Shown here: piece by piece, positions 39,169 through 51,704 of the stretch
How positions within the stretch are numbered: the first letter of the stretch is position 1
How the letters are laid out: every line of letters begins with the position of its first letter
Source: Pseudogymnoascus verrucosus
Taxonomy: Eukaryota
Strand: one strand, 5' to 3'
Assembly: GCA_001662655.1 (NCBI GenBank)
Contig: KV460240.1
Length of the DNA: 64,000 nucleotides
Position numbers and translations under genes: made by a program
The notes under the pieces: model-generated
What the model was told of the DNA's origin: nothing
The model's database searches: none
The model's input: the letters and a program-made list of their open reading frames with translations, nothing else

Positions 39169-41146
39169 ATGGAAACACCAGATGGGAACGGCCAGGAGCA
39201 GGGCAGTGATATGGTGACCGATCATACCAGCTCAGATACAAAAAAAGCTACCACTGGTGTGAAGAAGCCGAAATCGACCCTGCAGAATCCAGCATCGCCA
39301 CGGGAAGGTCACGAAGACCGAAAGCCTGGAACTGTGATATGGGAGTCACATTATGGAGTCGGTCGATATGGGCTGCAGGACCCGCGAATGACTGCTGGCA
39401 GCGGAGCGCAAGGAAGTAAAGTGAAAGAAAGGGAGAGGCAGACACTGGCCAAGGTGGATGTTGTCCAAAACGAAGCTCCATTCAGCAACACGAGACCGAC
39501 GCCACTGGGCGGGGAACAATCACCTACCACCACCACTCTATCTGTACCGAAAGGAAGCAAAGCGGCAGATGATTCTGGAGAATCCCAGTTGGGGCCTCCA
39601 ATAACCACGGAGACATTTGCAGAGTTGGAAATCTCACTGGTTATCAGCAATCCGAAATTCCGGCATGACTTTAACTTTGGCTGCGAAATTCCTTACGTCC
39701 CAAAGCAACGGAAGCATAAATCAGATGAATTCTGGCGCGCTCTCCGGCTCCAGTTATCAGAGTTTTGGTCGGACCGTGAGGCATTCATAGCGAAGCATCC
39801 TGGCAACGCCTGGTCATTACCAATCTTATTGAAAGCGATTGGCGACATGCTAGCCGCGTTACTCCCGCAAAGATACAACTCGGTAATCAGGGAGACTCTA
39901 GACGTTGATTTACTCATGCAACAATTGACGAGGGGAGAATTTAATATGGAGCAACTTGCAGACTGGTTCTCTAGGACTCTGAGAAAACATTGTGCTCCTA
40001 TGCGTGATGGTGCCGTGTTCAGGATGGCCGAACAATTAACGAGCGGCTTCCGTCGTGGCGATGTCGAAAGTCTAGTGGATGGTTTGGTGGTGCTCCTTAC
40101 AACAATCGAATCAATGAGACTGGTATGTACATGCCACAGTATCTTATTAACAGAGCTAACGGGCCCAGGATGTTACCAATCACCAAATTAACCACCTGAC
40201 TCTCATCCAAAACTTTGTTACCTTCCAGCAAACGAAAATTCTAAAGATAATTCCAACAGGAGATATCGATATTTATCGGTCCTATGCCTGGTTTGATGCC
40301 TATCGAATCCCAGATGAGATTACGGCACTCTGTCATGAAGGGGGGTCCTGGAAATTCTTCCGTGCATTTGTAGATCTGCTTCGCCATTCCAACAGAGAGG
40401 CACCTATACCTGATACGCTACAGTTGGATAATGGGCGAATTGCGGATTTACGCATGAAGTTGCTCAGTGCTGTCAACATGCACATGTGCATGCATCTCTT
40501 AAATGTAGTTGATGAAACGGTAATCCCACCGAAAATACCTGTCAGCGACGGCCACGCCTACGCACCTTCTCAGGTGGAGTCTGACTCGAGCACAATCGAA
40601 AGCAACCGTAGGCTCGCCCATGTGCGTTCCACTTTACATGCGATTGTAGACGACTACTCGAATCCCGACATCGACCCATCTCCCACGCCAACCTCATCGC
40701 CGTTGAATTTTGATCCATGGAAGGTTGCTGCTCCCGCACTGGCGCTCGAGATACTACGAAAAGCCAATAGGTCTCTTTCTAATCCATACTTCGAAACGTC
40801 CTTCGTCGATGCATTATCCAACCCTTCAAACCAGGACTTCAGAGAGAGCGAACGTGCTATATTTGAAGAATTGGGGGAGCTTGTTCAGTACTATGTGGAC
40901 GCATGGCAACCACTTGACATGGTGGCTTTATACAAAGTGGCTCCAGTATGTCCTAGGGGGTGTAAGATACATGGCAAACCCAAGGAATTCGAGCCTGTGG
41001 AGGAAATTGCGAGGCTCATAGCTTATTTGGGGATTTTGCACTGGAATGTTTGGGGAAATATCGTGTACTTGGTTAATCCACACGAGCATCCCAACCACTC
41101 GAGTAGGATAGACTGGGATACTGTTGAATTGACCAACGGAAGTTAG
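39169..41146 (+). CDS. Tcp11/Sok1-family protein, divergent; intron 40123-40168 (start may be 39145, 39151 or 39169)
   Basis: ISNPKFRHDFNF, EFWRALRLQL, ETLDVDLLMQQLTRGEFNMEQLADWFSRTLRKHCAPMRD, spliced ESMRL|DVTNHQI, IPDTLQLDNGRI, HWNVWGNIVY follow the Sok1/Tcp11 motif order; the intron joins the two ORFs in frame. Confidence 0.85.
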
Positions 41147-42246
41147 TCTGTCAACAATCAGGATGGATATTCCAGCAGCATTGACCCCCGGTTGATGAAG
41201 TGGCAGATACTCCTATCAATCAACGAGAGGGCAGGCTGACGGTCACAATGCCTGACGGCTGCGAAGGGCCTTCCAAATAAAACAGATCGATACCTGCCAA
41301 TCGCACAACCCAGGAAGTCGCCCGCGGCAAACGACACAACAGAAGTTTTGGCGTTTAGTAAGGGGATAGAGGGTTTGGCTCTTGAATCCCGACAGAATTT
41401 GTCGATCAGACTCGCTATGCCATTAAGCACGATCCGCAGCGGAGGTCTCCTCAATGGAATGCAGTCTGACACATTTGTGTCAGTTGTTTTGTCAAATGCT
41501 TTGGCGTGATGTTTTTTTTTGCCGTCGCATAGCAACGCCAATATCTTCGTATGGCTTACACGGGAGTGATTCATACACTGGATTTTACGGTTATTGAACT
41601 GATAACCAGGAGCTGCGTGTATTTATGGTGTGCGGTAGTGTGGCCTTTCATGGCTGTGTATTCTACCGATGGATGATGTCAGATGGCCACGAATGACTGT
41701 CTTTCCTTGGGCGCGGAGATCCTATAGGCCAGATTATTTTAGTTTTTGAAAAGCGAGAGACTGTCAGAACTCTTGAGCATTATAATAGCTCTTTAAGGAG
41801 AACAAAAAGTCGAGGGGGTGTGTGGGCACAATATGTGAGACGATGGAATAAATATTTACTTCTTTTGTTTTAACCAGGTAACAATACATAACTTTTCGTA
41901 ATTTAATCTGCTTTTGATAAGTTATTATCTATTGAGAGACATGAGTTTGAATTTGTACACCGTTGTACACATTTGATTCCCCCTATTGCCCCTGAGCAGG
42001 CCGTGACTGATGTGGTCGTCGCCGTCCGTGCCATGCCGCTTTCAAGCGACGCCACCCTATCAGAATCCAATGTGATATCCGCATTCGACATCGACAACGT
42101 CAATACCTCACACGAAAGGCTGAACCTCAGCCTCTGAACCCACCAACACCCCCCGTCCGACAACACCACAAATCCACGGCGACAATGCTGCGATAGAAAT
42201 GCGTGGCCAAAGCTAGCAAACAAACCCGGTCGAAGAGCTAGTTATT

Positions 42247-44079
42247 ATGAAACGCCACGGCGCCAACGGCGAGAACAATGGCCTCCTGGGCGGCAGCGAC
42301 TGGGAGGAGTTGAACGAATACCCCAGCCGCGCGGGCTCTCACTCGCCCTCTCTGCGGAGCGATGATGCTGCGAACGCGAAGGAGGACGAGACAAGGAGCG
42401 CGTCGCGCACGCGGCCGACCCCGAGGACGCCTATGAAAGTGCACTTCGATATCCCCCGCGACGACGACTCGCTCGCCGAAGCGGGCTATATGAATGGAGG
42501 AGACGCGCATGAGGGGAGAGGCGGGGCTATAAGGAATTCAGACCATCTAGACGATGATGATGATCGTCACGATGACGACGAGGGCCACGATGCGCCGCTG
42601 CTCCCCAGCGCAAGCACTCCGATCGACTCTGCGTTAGAGAACCCAGATGATCGCCCGACGTCGTCGCTGCAGGCTGCGATCTCGAATATGTCGAACTCGA
42701 TTCTGGGCGCGGGGATAATCGGGCAGCCGTACGCGCTGAAAGAGGCGGGGCTGGCTGCTGGTGTGACGCTGCTGGTAGTCCTCACTGTGGTCGTCGACTG
42801 GACCATCCGGCTGATTGTTATAAACTCCAAGATGTCGGGGCGGAATACATTTCAGGGGACGGTGGAGTTCTGTTTTGGATGGTGGGGACTGCTGGCTATT
42901 AGCTTTGCGCAGTGGGCGTTTGCGTTTGGAGGTATGGTGGCGTTTGCGGTGATTGTGGGGGATAGCATTCCGCCGGTGATCGAGGCCATTTGGCCAGGTA
43001 TGAAGGATATTAGATACCTGGGATGGTTGGCAGGGAGGTCGGGCGCGATTGTGGTGTTTATTGGGTGTATCAGCTGGCCTTTGAGTTTGTATAGGGATAT
43101 TTCGAAGGTTAGTGCAGACCCTGGATTTCTCATACGAGAAGCTACTGCTAGTGGCCATGAGAACGAGAATGAGAACGAGAATGTAGCTAATTATTCTCAC
43201 ACAGCTGGCAAAAGCGAGCACATTGGCGTTATTCAGTATGTTGGTTATCATCGGAACGGTAGTAACGCAGGGATTCTCAGTCCCCGCCGAGCTACGAGGA
43301 ACGTTCGATTTACCACTCTGGACCATCAACGTCGGCATCTTCCAAGCCATCGGCGTAATCTCCTTTGGTGTGCACCCCTTCCCCCTCGCTACCGCCCCTT
43401 TTAATAACCCATCTAACACCCCCCAGCCTTCGTCTGCCACCACAACACCCTCCTAATCTACTCCTCCCTCTCCACGCCCACCCTAACCCGCTTCTCCCTC
43501 CTCACACACATCAGCACCATCATCTCCCTCTTCGCCTGCCTCGCCATGGCCCTCTCCGGCTTCCTCACCTTCGGCTCCCTAACCGACGGCAACGTACTCA
43601 ACAACTTCCCCAACTCACCTCTCGTCAACCTGGCCCGCTTCTGCTTCGGCCTGAACATGCTCACCACCCTCCCCCTCGAAGCCTTCGTCTGCCGCGAGGT
43701 GATGGTGAATTTCTTCGCCCCCTCCGCTGCTGCCGATGCACCTATTATGGACTCCCACGACTCGCCCGCCCACGACACCAGCACCGTCGTCCATGTCGCG
43801 CTGACCACTGGATTGGTCTGGGGCGCGGCGCTCATCGCGACGCAAGTATGTGATCTTGGCACGGTGTTTGAGATCATTGGCGCCACGTCTGCGAGTATTC
43901 TGGCGTACATCCTCCCGCCGCTTTGCTACCTTAAGCTGAGCAAGAAGAAGGACTGGCGGAGGCCGGTGGCATGGGGGGTTGTTGCGTTTGGATGCACGGT
44001 GGCGGCGATGACGCTGCTGCTTTCAGCGGTGAAGGTTTGGACGGGCGAGCATGCTGCGGTTAAGAAATGCCATAGTTAA
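42247..44079 (+). CDS. AVT2: Aa_trans-family amino acid transporter, vacuolar Avt2-like; introns 43108-43204 and 43368-43426
   Basis: NMSNSILGAGIIGQPYALKEAG, FAFGGMVAFAVIVGDSIP, PLSLYRDISK|LAKAS, QAIGVISF|AFVCHHN, ARFCFGLNMLTTLPLEAFVCREV; multiple TM helices. Confidence 0.9.
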
Positions 44080-44613
44080 GAAGTGTAGGCAGAGTAGTTA
44101 GTCCATAAGTCAGGAAATATAAGGCGAAAGGACGGGTTTGATAGATGTTACAATATACGAGCGGCCGTTTTGACCTGTGTAGATTATGGATATTTTGGAT
44201 GTAGAAACAATAGAAAACGGCTTACTGCCAGGTTGATATCTCTAATATTTCTTGAATAAGTCCTGTTAACACTGAGCATTTTGAGCCCATCATACTAGAA
44301 CGCGTCGACCTGTTCGAAGATCTCATAGAAATCGGCGAGGCAAAGATATCCACAACCCTCGGACATATCTCAGCCTTGTGATTATTGTGGCGCATGGTCG
44401 CGGCGTATATCAGCACCTCAAATCAAAGCAGCTTGCCAATTTTGGTTATCGTATAATGACACGACATCGTATTTACTGGGCTGTATCTCGACCTTGGCTT
44501 TTGACTCAGCCGTCTTTCCTATTAGGCAAGCTGGTCGCAGCTTAGCAACAGCTGATTTCACGATCCCACGGCACAAGTACATACTGGCAGCAGGCCAAAA
44601 GAAATATACAAAA

Positions 44614-45048
44614 ATGAGTAAACCATGGATCGATTCTCAAATCAGCGAACTCATCGCCGAGCACGGCACCGTCCCTCCCCCCTACATCAAGCACCCCAAC
44701 ATCCACCCCCTTGAAATCTTCTGGCGCATGGGCTCTGGCGAGAGCTACATCATGGTATATGGTACCTGGTGGGAGCGCCAAAAACCCTTGATGGACGAGA
44801 CGCAAAAGATTGAATATTTCCGGCAATTCCCGCCGCCGCCGCTGTGGCTGACTTGGATGATTGATCTGCTGTGGGTGCCGGAGGATGAAGAGATGGATTT
44901 AGATCCTGAGGAGGCGGATTACTTCAAGTATTTCTTGCGCACGAAGGCGTTGGGGTTTGGGACGGAGGATGAGTGTAAGAGGGCTTGGTTTTTGCATAAT
45001 GAGGAGATGGAAGCAGAATTGGATAAGGAGGAGGAGGAGAATGAGTAG
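44614..45048 (+). CDS. Hypothetical 144-aa intronless protein with PPPY..HP..HP.EIFWRMGSGE motif
   Basis: ATG in good context (AAAATGA); aromatic-rich globular-looking sequence with acidic tail; occupies its own gap between AVT2 and RUD3. Confidence 0.8.
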   Translation: MSKPWIDSQISELIAEHGTVPPPYIKHPNIHPLEIFWRMGSGESYIMVYGTWWERQKPLMDETQKIEYFRQFPPPPLWLTWMIDLLWVPEDEEMDLDPEEADYFKYFLRTKALGFGTEDECKRAWFLHNEEMEAELDKEEEENE

Positions 45049-45294
45049 GGAGAGGTCACAGCATATGGCAGATATAGAACTTTACACAAGAAAAGGGTTC
45101 AAAATAATGCCTAGCACAAGACTGAGAATATAGAATCCACCCCCTCCCCACAACGCAACTACAAAAGTATCCCATGTCGCACCCTCGGTAGCAATCCCGA
45201 GCCTGACGCCTGCCGCAATGAAGGTATAAATAATATAATACAAGAACCCCTTCATCTCCCAACCCCTCTTCCCATCTCAAACAACTCGCGGCCC

Positions 45295-47212
45295 CTACCT
45301 CGGCACAACACTGCTCACACTAGCACTCCTGCTCCCCCCCGCCACACTCCCAGCCGCACTCCCCTCCTCAGCCTGCCTCTCCAAAAAACCCGTCCACAGC
45401 TCCGCCAAGCTCTCCTTCGGCGCACCCTGCAGATCAGGGAAGAACTCGGCATTCAAGCTTGGTGTGCTGGGCGTACGGTGGAACGGGCTCTGTGGGAGGC
45501 GTAAGGAGGATCCTGCGGTGCCGGGACGCGCGAGACCGGCTTGCTCTTTTTGCTCTTCGGTCCAGGAGAGGAGGGAGGCGATGACTTGAAGGATCTGGAA
45601 TTTCTTGGGGTCGGAGCGGTCGAGGGCCAGGAAGCGGAGGAAGTAGTTTGTGACGATTTGGCTATAGGATGTTAGTGTGTTATTGTTCTGGGATAGGGGA
45701 GTATGGAAAGGGGGAGAGTGGCTAACCGGTCAACGTTATCTTCTGGCTTGGCTTTCTTGAGGAAGCGGAGGGCCTTGGCGAGGTGGTCGTTAAGGACTAT
45801 AGCCTCGTGACGTAGCTTTCCGAGGAGGATGTTCTTCTCCTTGACTTCCTTCTCGAATGGCGCCAATCGCTCCAGCTGCGCCGTCAAGTTCTCATTATCC
45901 GCCTCCGCCGCCGTCGCTCTCATATCAGCTTCAGCGACGACCTTGTTGAGTGCCTCAAGCTGCGCCTGCGTCGTCTCCACCATCTCGCGGAGCTCGACCC
46001 TACGCGCCTCCTGAATCTCCTGCAGTGCCCTCTGCAGCCCATCCACAGCCTGCGACTGGCTATCCCGCTCCGAAGCCGCGCGTTCAAACGACTCACGCTG
46101 CGTGGATAGCTGGTCCTCCAACTCGGCGACGCGGTCAGCTAGGCCCTCGCGGATAGACCGCTCCTCCATAGCCAGGACCTCCCAATCTCCCATCGCCTCC
46201 TTGGCCGCCTCAGCCTCCTCCCTCAGGTGCTTCGTCTGGGTCAGCAGGTCCTCGCGCTCGCGAAGCCAGTTCTGCTGGGACAGGTTGCTGCGATTCCGCA
46301 GCGTGGAGAGCTCCTTCGAGTTCTCCGATTCCTGGGCCGAGAGCTGCGTAACCTCCTGCTCCGCCTTGTCAGCCGCAGCCTTGAGGGCCGCATTCTGCGT
46401 CTCTAGCTCCTCAATCTGGTCTTTCGCCTCGGACAACTCCTGCCTATCAGCCGCCAGACGCTCCCCAAGCGTCGACTTGATCGTGTTCACTCTGCCCAAG
46501 AGGTTCTGGTACTGCGACTGCGCCTGCTCCTTAGCCTGCTCGCTCTCCTCCAGCTCCGAGTGGACAGCCGATAATTCCTCCTTGTGCCGCTCCTGGATGT
46601 CCTCTAGCGACCTGCGCAGCGCCTCGACTTCCGCCCGCAGCGCCTCGCGGTCCTGTGACATGGCTTCGAGGCGGACACTCGCATCTGTGGTGTCGGAGGC
46701 GTTGCTCCCTATGCTCTCGTCGGGGGCTTCTCGTGTGGGTGACACGTTGCCTTGTTTCGTATCTGCGGGGGATGCGTGGCCATTCGTATGCCCGTCCGTT
46801 TGCCCGTTCACTTTGGCGTCGGCCGTCTCGTCCGATTGTTCCGCTGCGGCGGATGTGGTCTGTAAATTCATCAGCGGGGGCTCGTCGAGGCGCTGGTGGA
46901 CAGGTGGCTTCCGTACCACAACTGGGGAATCGGGCTGTGCCTCCTCATCCTCCTCGTCTTCAGCAGGGCCACTTCCGTTTGCTGGCGTAATTGATGGCTT
47001 AGCCAAGTCGCCGTTGAGTTTCGACTTTGACTTTTTCTTTTTGTTGGCCTTCTTCTTCGGCGCTGCGGGTCGTGGGGGTCAGCTTTGGGGGAGTCTTTTA
47101 AATTGGCCGGAAATGGCGAATTGTAGGAAAGGCAGGCGAAGGGGAGCAGAGAGATTGACGACGAACCTAAAGAAGAAACCTGTGGGTTATCTGAGGGCGC
47201 AATGGCGGACAT
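45295..47212 (-). CDS. RUD3: Golgi matrix coiled-coil protein with C-terminal GRAB domain (Rud3/GMAP-210 family); 3 exons
   Basis: Long heptad coiled coil; EKEVKEKNILLGKLRHEAIVLNDHLAKALRFLKK..EDNVDR|QIVTNYFLRFLALDRSDPKKFQILQVIASLLSWTEEQKEQAGL; C-terminal ESLAELWTGFLER. Confidence 0.92.
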
Positions 47213-47498
47213 GATTGCTGATGTCTGAAGACTGCCAGAGCATCGTACTGTACAGCGGTTGTCGTACTGTATACAGCGGACTTTGTTTCGTTATCAGGAC
47301 AACTCGTAACGGGCCAGCTCGCTTCGATAAAGTAAGTTAGTGCCGACCTCCCAACTTCCCTGTCCGCTGAAACAGACGAATCGTCGCCCAGCCTTGCACA
47401 CATGGAACTTCGTATTGCGTTGCGTGACCATTTTACTTCCTAAAATAAAAAATACCAACAAATAAGCCGTTGCTACCTACGTCTTGACTACCTAGGTG

Positions 47499-48554
47499 AT
47501 GTATTGCCTTTGTAAGGCAAATACACTCAGGCAATTCATACGCAATGTTGCCCATATAGAAGTGGAACCGGCTTTTCGCCATGCCTTTCCAAGATCGCCA
47601 TTCGAGAAGTCGAGACGGGGATTGAGCACTTTCAACGCTCTGCGCATGCAACAGACCTCACGTCACTTGCAAAAGTCGACAGACGGGGAAGGTGAATCCT
47701 CTGCATATACGGCTACACCCACTTCCGAGAGCGACAAGGCCACGCCTTCGCAAGAGGGCAGCCATGCTCCAGCGCCAGCTTTTTTCGAAATTACACCAGA
47801 TATAATAGACCAATTGGCAGCAGGGGCCGCAAAAGACGCCCCAAAAAGAGTCGAACAGCCTCTTGAGCCTCTCGAGCGCGAATACCGGGAGCGGACACCT
47901 GAGCGGCGCACAAACAGGAGGGAAACCCCTGACAAATTTGCGAGGAAACCTTTTAACAGAGCAGCTCCCGTAAACCCATACCAAGACGACTCTTCCGCCC
48001 CTCGAAAGAACTTCCGCTCCAAGTACTCAGAGGACCCGGAAGTCCCCACCCGCTTCCCCAAGAAGACCACCAAAAAAGAAGAAGACGACTGGACCCCCCC
48101 CCCGCGCCTCCCCTGGCAAAGCCAAAAAGCCGCCCTCCAAGAAAAATTCTCCGAAGGCTGGGCCCCCCGCAAGCGCCTCTCCCCCGACGCCCTAGCCGGC
48201 ATCCGCGCCATCAACGCGCAGTTTCCCGAGCAATATACCGTTCCCGTGCTCGCGGCGAAATTCGAGGTCTCGCCTGAGGCTATTCGAAGGATCCTGAAGA
48301 GCAATTGGAGGCCCGATGAGGAGGAGGAGGAGGATCGGAAGAGGAGGTGGTATAAGAGGGGGCAGCAGGTGTGGACGAGGTATGCGGAGTTGGGGCTGAA
48401 GCCGCCGAGGAGGTGGAGGGATGAGGGGATTGGGAAGAGGGAGAAGGGGTGGAAGAGCAAGGATAAGGAGGAGAGGGATAAGGAGAGGGAGACGATGAGT
48501 ACGACTTGGAATCCGAGGTTGACGAGGAAGCCGGAGGGGGATGGGTTTGTGTGA
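47499..48554 (+). CDS. RRG9: Neugrin-domain mitochondrial protein (required for respiratory growth 9)
   Basis: WQSQKAALQEKFSEGWAPRKRLSPDALAGIRAINAQFPEQYTVPVLAAKFEVSPEAIRRILKSNWRP; Arg-rich N-terminal presequence-like segment. Confidence 0.9.
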   Translation: MYCLCKANTLRQFIRNVAHIEVEPAFRHAFPRSPFEKSRRGLSTFNALRMQQTSRHLQKSTDGEGESSAYTATPTSESDKATPSQEGSHAPAPAFFEITPDIIDQLAAGAAKDAPKRVEQPLEPLEREYRERTPERRTNRRETPDKFARKPFNRAAPVNPYQDDSSAPRKNFRSKYSEDPEVPTRFPKKTTKKEEDDWTPPPRLPWQSQKAALQEKFSEGWAPRKRLSPDALAGIRAINAQFPEQYTVPVLAAKFEVSPEAIRRILKSNWRPDEEEEEDRKRRWYKRGQQVWTRYAELGLKPPRRWRDEGIGKREKGWKSKDKEERDKERETMSTTWNPRLTRKPEGDGFV

Positions 48555-48775
48555 TTGGAATAAAGGGGGGGACGTGTATGGTATAGGAGGAATGCATTTA
48601 TCTGGGCGCAAGGGAAAATTGTTGTAGGATATTATGTAGGATATTATTGTACGATATTGTAGGATATGGATATCAGCGGTCCGCTTGAAACAAATATATA
48701 AGAACTCAAGTTTATATGGCCGACGCCTTTAATTCTTCTAATCGCTAGCTACCAAGCACACATATCTATCACAAT

Positions 48776-50285
48776 CTACTGGATGTACTTCTTCAGACCC
48801 CTCAGTCTCTCCTTAGCCGTGTCCAAAACATCATCATTCTTGCAAACCGCGAATCTCAGATAATCCTCCGCCAAGTGTGCATTCTGCTCAGTATAAAACT
48901 CCGTCGGTGGAATCGCCGCTACGCCCACCTCCTGGATCAAAAACCAGCAGAGCTTGAAGTCCCGCGGCCTGTTCGCAACATGGGCAGGGAAGGGGTAATC
49001 CTCCGGCAGCTTGACCTTGCTGAAGTTGACGAGAACGAAGTAACCGCCCTCGGGCTCAGAGTAAGGTAGGCCAAGCTCGGGCCAGATCTCATTGAAGCGA
49101 TCCATCTTGGCCTTCATCTCGGCCTTGGCTTCGGTCCAGAACCCGTTCTTGTCGGCCTCGTTGAAGCCGATGGCGCAGGCCTCTTGGAGGGGAGACACGG
49201 AACTGTAGCAGATACGGGTGTGGGCTGCGGCGACGTACTTGATGAGGTGGGGTTGACCGATGAGCCAGCCGACGCGCCAGCCTGTGGCGTAGAAGTTCTT
49301 GCCTGCTGAGCCGACGGTGAGAGTTAGGCGCTCGATTTCGGGGGAGAGAGTGGCGATGCGGGTGAATGGGACGTAGAAGAGGCGGTCGTAGACTTCGTCG
49401 GAGAGGATGATGATGTTGTTCTCGACGCACAGCTGGCCGATCTTGAGGAGCTCGTCTTTGGAGAAGACTTTGCCGACGGGGTTGTGGGGGGTGTTGAGGA
49501 CGATCATCTTGGTCTTGGAAGTTACGGCGGCCTTGAGCTCGTCGAAGTCGATCGACCATTCTCCTGCTGAGGAGGTCTCGGTGGCACCGTTTACAGGTGG
49601 GTGGAGGGGGACATATACGACCTTTCCGCCGGGCATGGCGATGTTGCTGATGTATTGGTCGAAGAAGGGCTCGAATACGATGACCTCGTCTCCTGGCTCG
49701 ATGAAGCCCATGAAGGCACTCAGCATGCCTATGATCATAAGCAATTGTAGGTGTAATGGACATTAGTTTGCATACCCTCATTTGCACCAGTGGTGATTGT
49801 GACCTCAGTGACAGGGTCGATTTCTCTGCCCCAGAAGGGAGAGTAGGCATCGGCGAGTGCCTTCTTCAGAGATGGACGACCTGTCGTGGGGGAGTATTGG
49901 TTGCACTCGACTCTATCCAGGGAAGCTTTGGCAGCATCTGTAATGAACTTGGGGGGGTTGTATCCGAAGAAGCCCTGCCCCATGTTGACAATTGGCTGCT
50001 TTGGAGACGCGGCAGCAGCCTCATTCACAATTGTCCTGCTCAGGTCAGTATGGATATAGAATCTAACCAGGCCGAGACGTGAGGAATCACAGGCAGCTCG
50101 AGGAAGCACCAAACATACCACACATCTTGTCTGTTATTGGAGACCCTAGCCGCAGGTAGCAGCTTCGCTCTGTTGTCCATCGTATTGCTGAAGCTTCTCA
50201 CAGCCAGGTGCGTAGTTTGTGTATGTTTGTTGTTTCTCAATGCAAGAAAGCTGGAGAGAATGGGAGAGCTTCGTTGAAGTTTCAT
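48776..50285 (-). CDS. BNA3: PLP-dependent class I aminotransferase, kynurenine aminotransferase Bna3; introns 50118-50036 and 49775-49729
   Basis: QDVW|TIVNEAAA, VNMGQGFFGYNPP, ITTGANE|GM, FEPFFDQY, NTPHNPVGK, SDEVYD, PLP lysine SAGKNFYATGWRVGW, LRFAVCK. Confidence 0.95.
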
Positions 50286-50897
50286 GAATAGCTCTCCTGT
50301 TGGAAAGGTTCAGAGCAAGAGGAAGCAGAGGCGCGACGAGGCTGTGATGGCGGGGAAGAAGAGGAGGTTATTCAACTGTCAAGAGTAAGTCGTGAGTAAT
50401 TATAAGAGGGGTCATACACGACGGTAACTTACGGCTTTAGAATTCTAGTTCCGTAGTCATCTACCAGCAATGCAATTGGACCATTAGCTCTTGCGCAATC
50501 GAGTTGGGGTAACATGGCGGGGTATGATGTCCTAAGGTCCACTAAATGGAGGCCGGAATCGGCGGAACTATGTTGCCCAGAACCACGCAGGGTACAGCCG
50601 AACACCCTTAACCTGTCAGCCTTGCGTTGTTGGCTTCAGGCTGCGGAGCTACGACTTACCTTGCATGGTTGCTTCAGCTTCATCATTGTGTCCACGACTA
50701 TTGTATATACGCTTGCCGCCAGCTTGCCGCCAACTTACTGCGATTGAGCCACCTCTGATACTGCTTCGACTTTATACTGCTATCATAGATTGATAAGCAT
50801 TGCATGCGACACCCCCAAGCTCTTCCACCGGCCACGAGGCCGCAACATCCTCTCTCACCTCCACCGTCACCGTGAGGACCGCGACAAACACACAACC

Positions 50898-51704
50898 ATG
50901 GAGGAACCCACCACCACCACCCCGCCTCCCAAGGCCGAAGCCCCCTTTCCGCTCACAATCCGCTTCACGACCTCCCTCCCTGACCTGGACCTCGACATCC
51001 CCCTCCCCAGCCGCACCACAATCATAACCCTCAAATCGCTCATCCGCGCTGCCCTCCCCCCTTCCCACTCCCCCAACCGCCTCCGCCTCATCTACTCCGG
51101 CCGCCTCCTCCCCGACGCCTCCCTCCTCACCACCGTCCTCAAACCACCACCCCCTCCCCCGCCCCAAGCAGACCGAAAAGGCAAAGCCCCCGTCCAGCCC
51201 ACACAGCGCATCTACATCAACTGCTCCATCGGCGACGCCCTCTCAGCCGAAGACCTCGCCTCCGAAGCCAGCAGCGCGCGGGCCCCCTCGCCCGCCGCCC
51301 CTGTCGCTGCTCCCACCACGACGGCGGCGCAGCCGCGCGGTTTCGACAGGTTGCTGACGAGTTCGTTTACCCCGGCGGAGGTGGGCGCGTTAAGGCTGCA
51401 GTTCATGGCCGTGCAGGCTTCGATGCATACGCCGGATACGATGCCGTCGCCGACGACGCTGAGGCGGATGGAGGATGCGTGGCTGGATGATAATGGGAGT
51501 GGGGGAGGGGTGGCGGAGGTGGAGGCTGCGGGAGGGGCGTTGGATGATTTGCTGTGGGGGCATGTGATGGGGTTTTTGTGGCCGTTGGGGGCGTTGGGGT
51601 GGTTGGGGAGGGAGGACTGGGCGTGGAGTGAGCGGAGGAGGATGGCGGTTTGGAGTGGGGTGGTGTTGGGGATGGGGTTTGGGTTGATGAGGATGATGGG
51701 GTAG
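50898..51704 (+). CDS. DSC3: DSC E3 ubiquitin ligase complex subunit 3 (N-terminal ubiquitin-like domain, C-terminal TM region)
   Basis: LTIRFTTSLPDLDLDI...LKSLIR...RLRLIYSGRLLPD, RIYINCSIGDALS, PRGFDRLL..FTPAEVGALRLQF, LRRMEDAWLD, LLWGHVMGFLWPLG, WSERRRMAV. Confidence 0.9.
   Translation: MEEPTTTTPPPKAEAPFPLTIRFTTSLPDLDLDIPLPSRTTIITLKSLIRAALPPSHSPNRLRLIYSGRLLPDASLLTTVLKPPPPPPPQADRKGKAPVQPTQRIYINCSIGDALSAEDLASEASSARAPSPAAPVAAPTTTAAQPRGFDRLLTSSFTPAEVGALRLQFMAVQASMHTPDTMPSPTTLRRMEDAWLDDNGSGGGVAEVEAAGGALDDLLWGHVMGFLWPLGALGWLGREDWAWSERRRMAVWSGVVLGMGFGLMRMMG

Noticed and set aside
46102..47214. 370-aa + strand Ser-rich ORF
   Set aside because: Antisense shadow of the Glu-rich RUD3 coiled coil.
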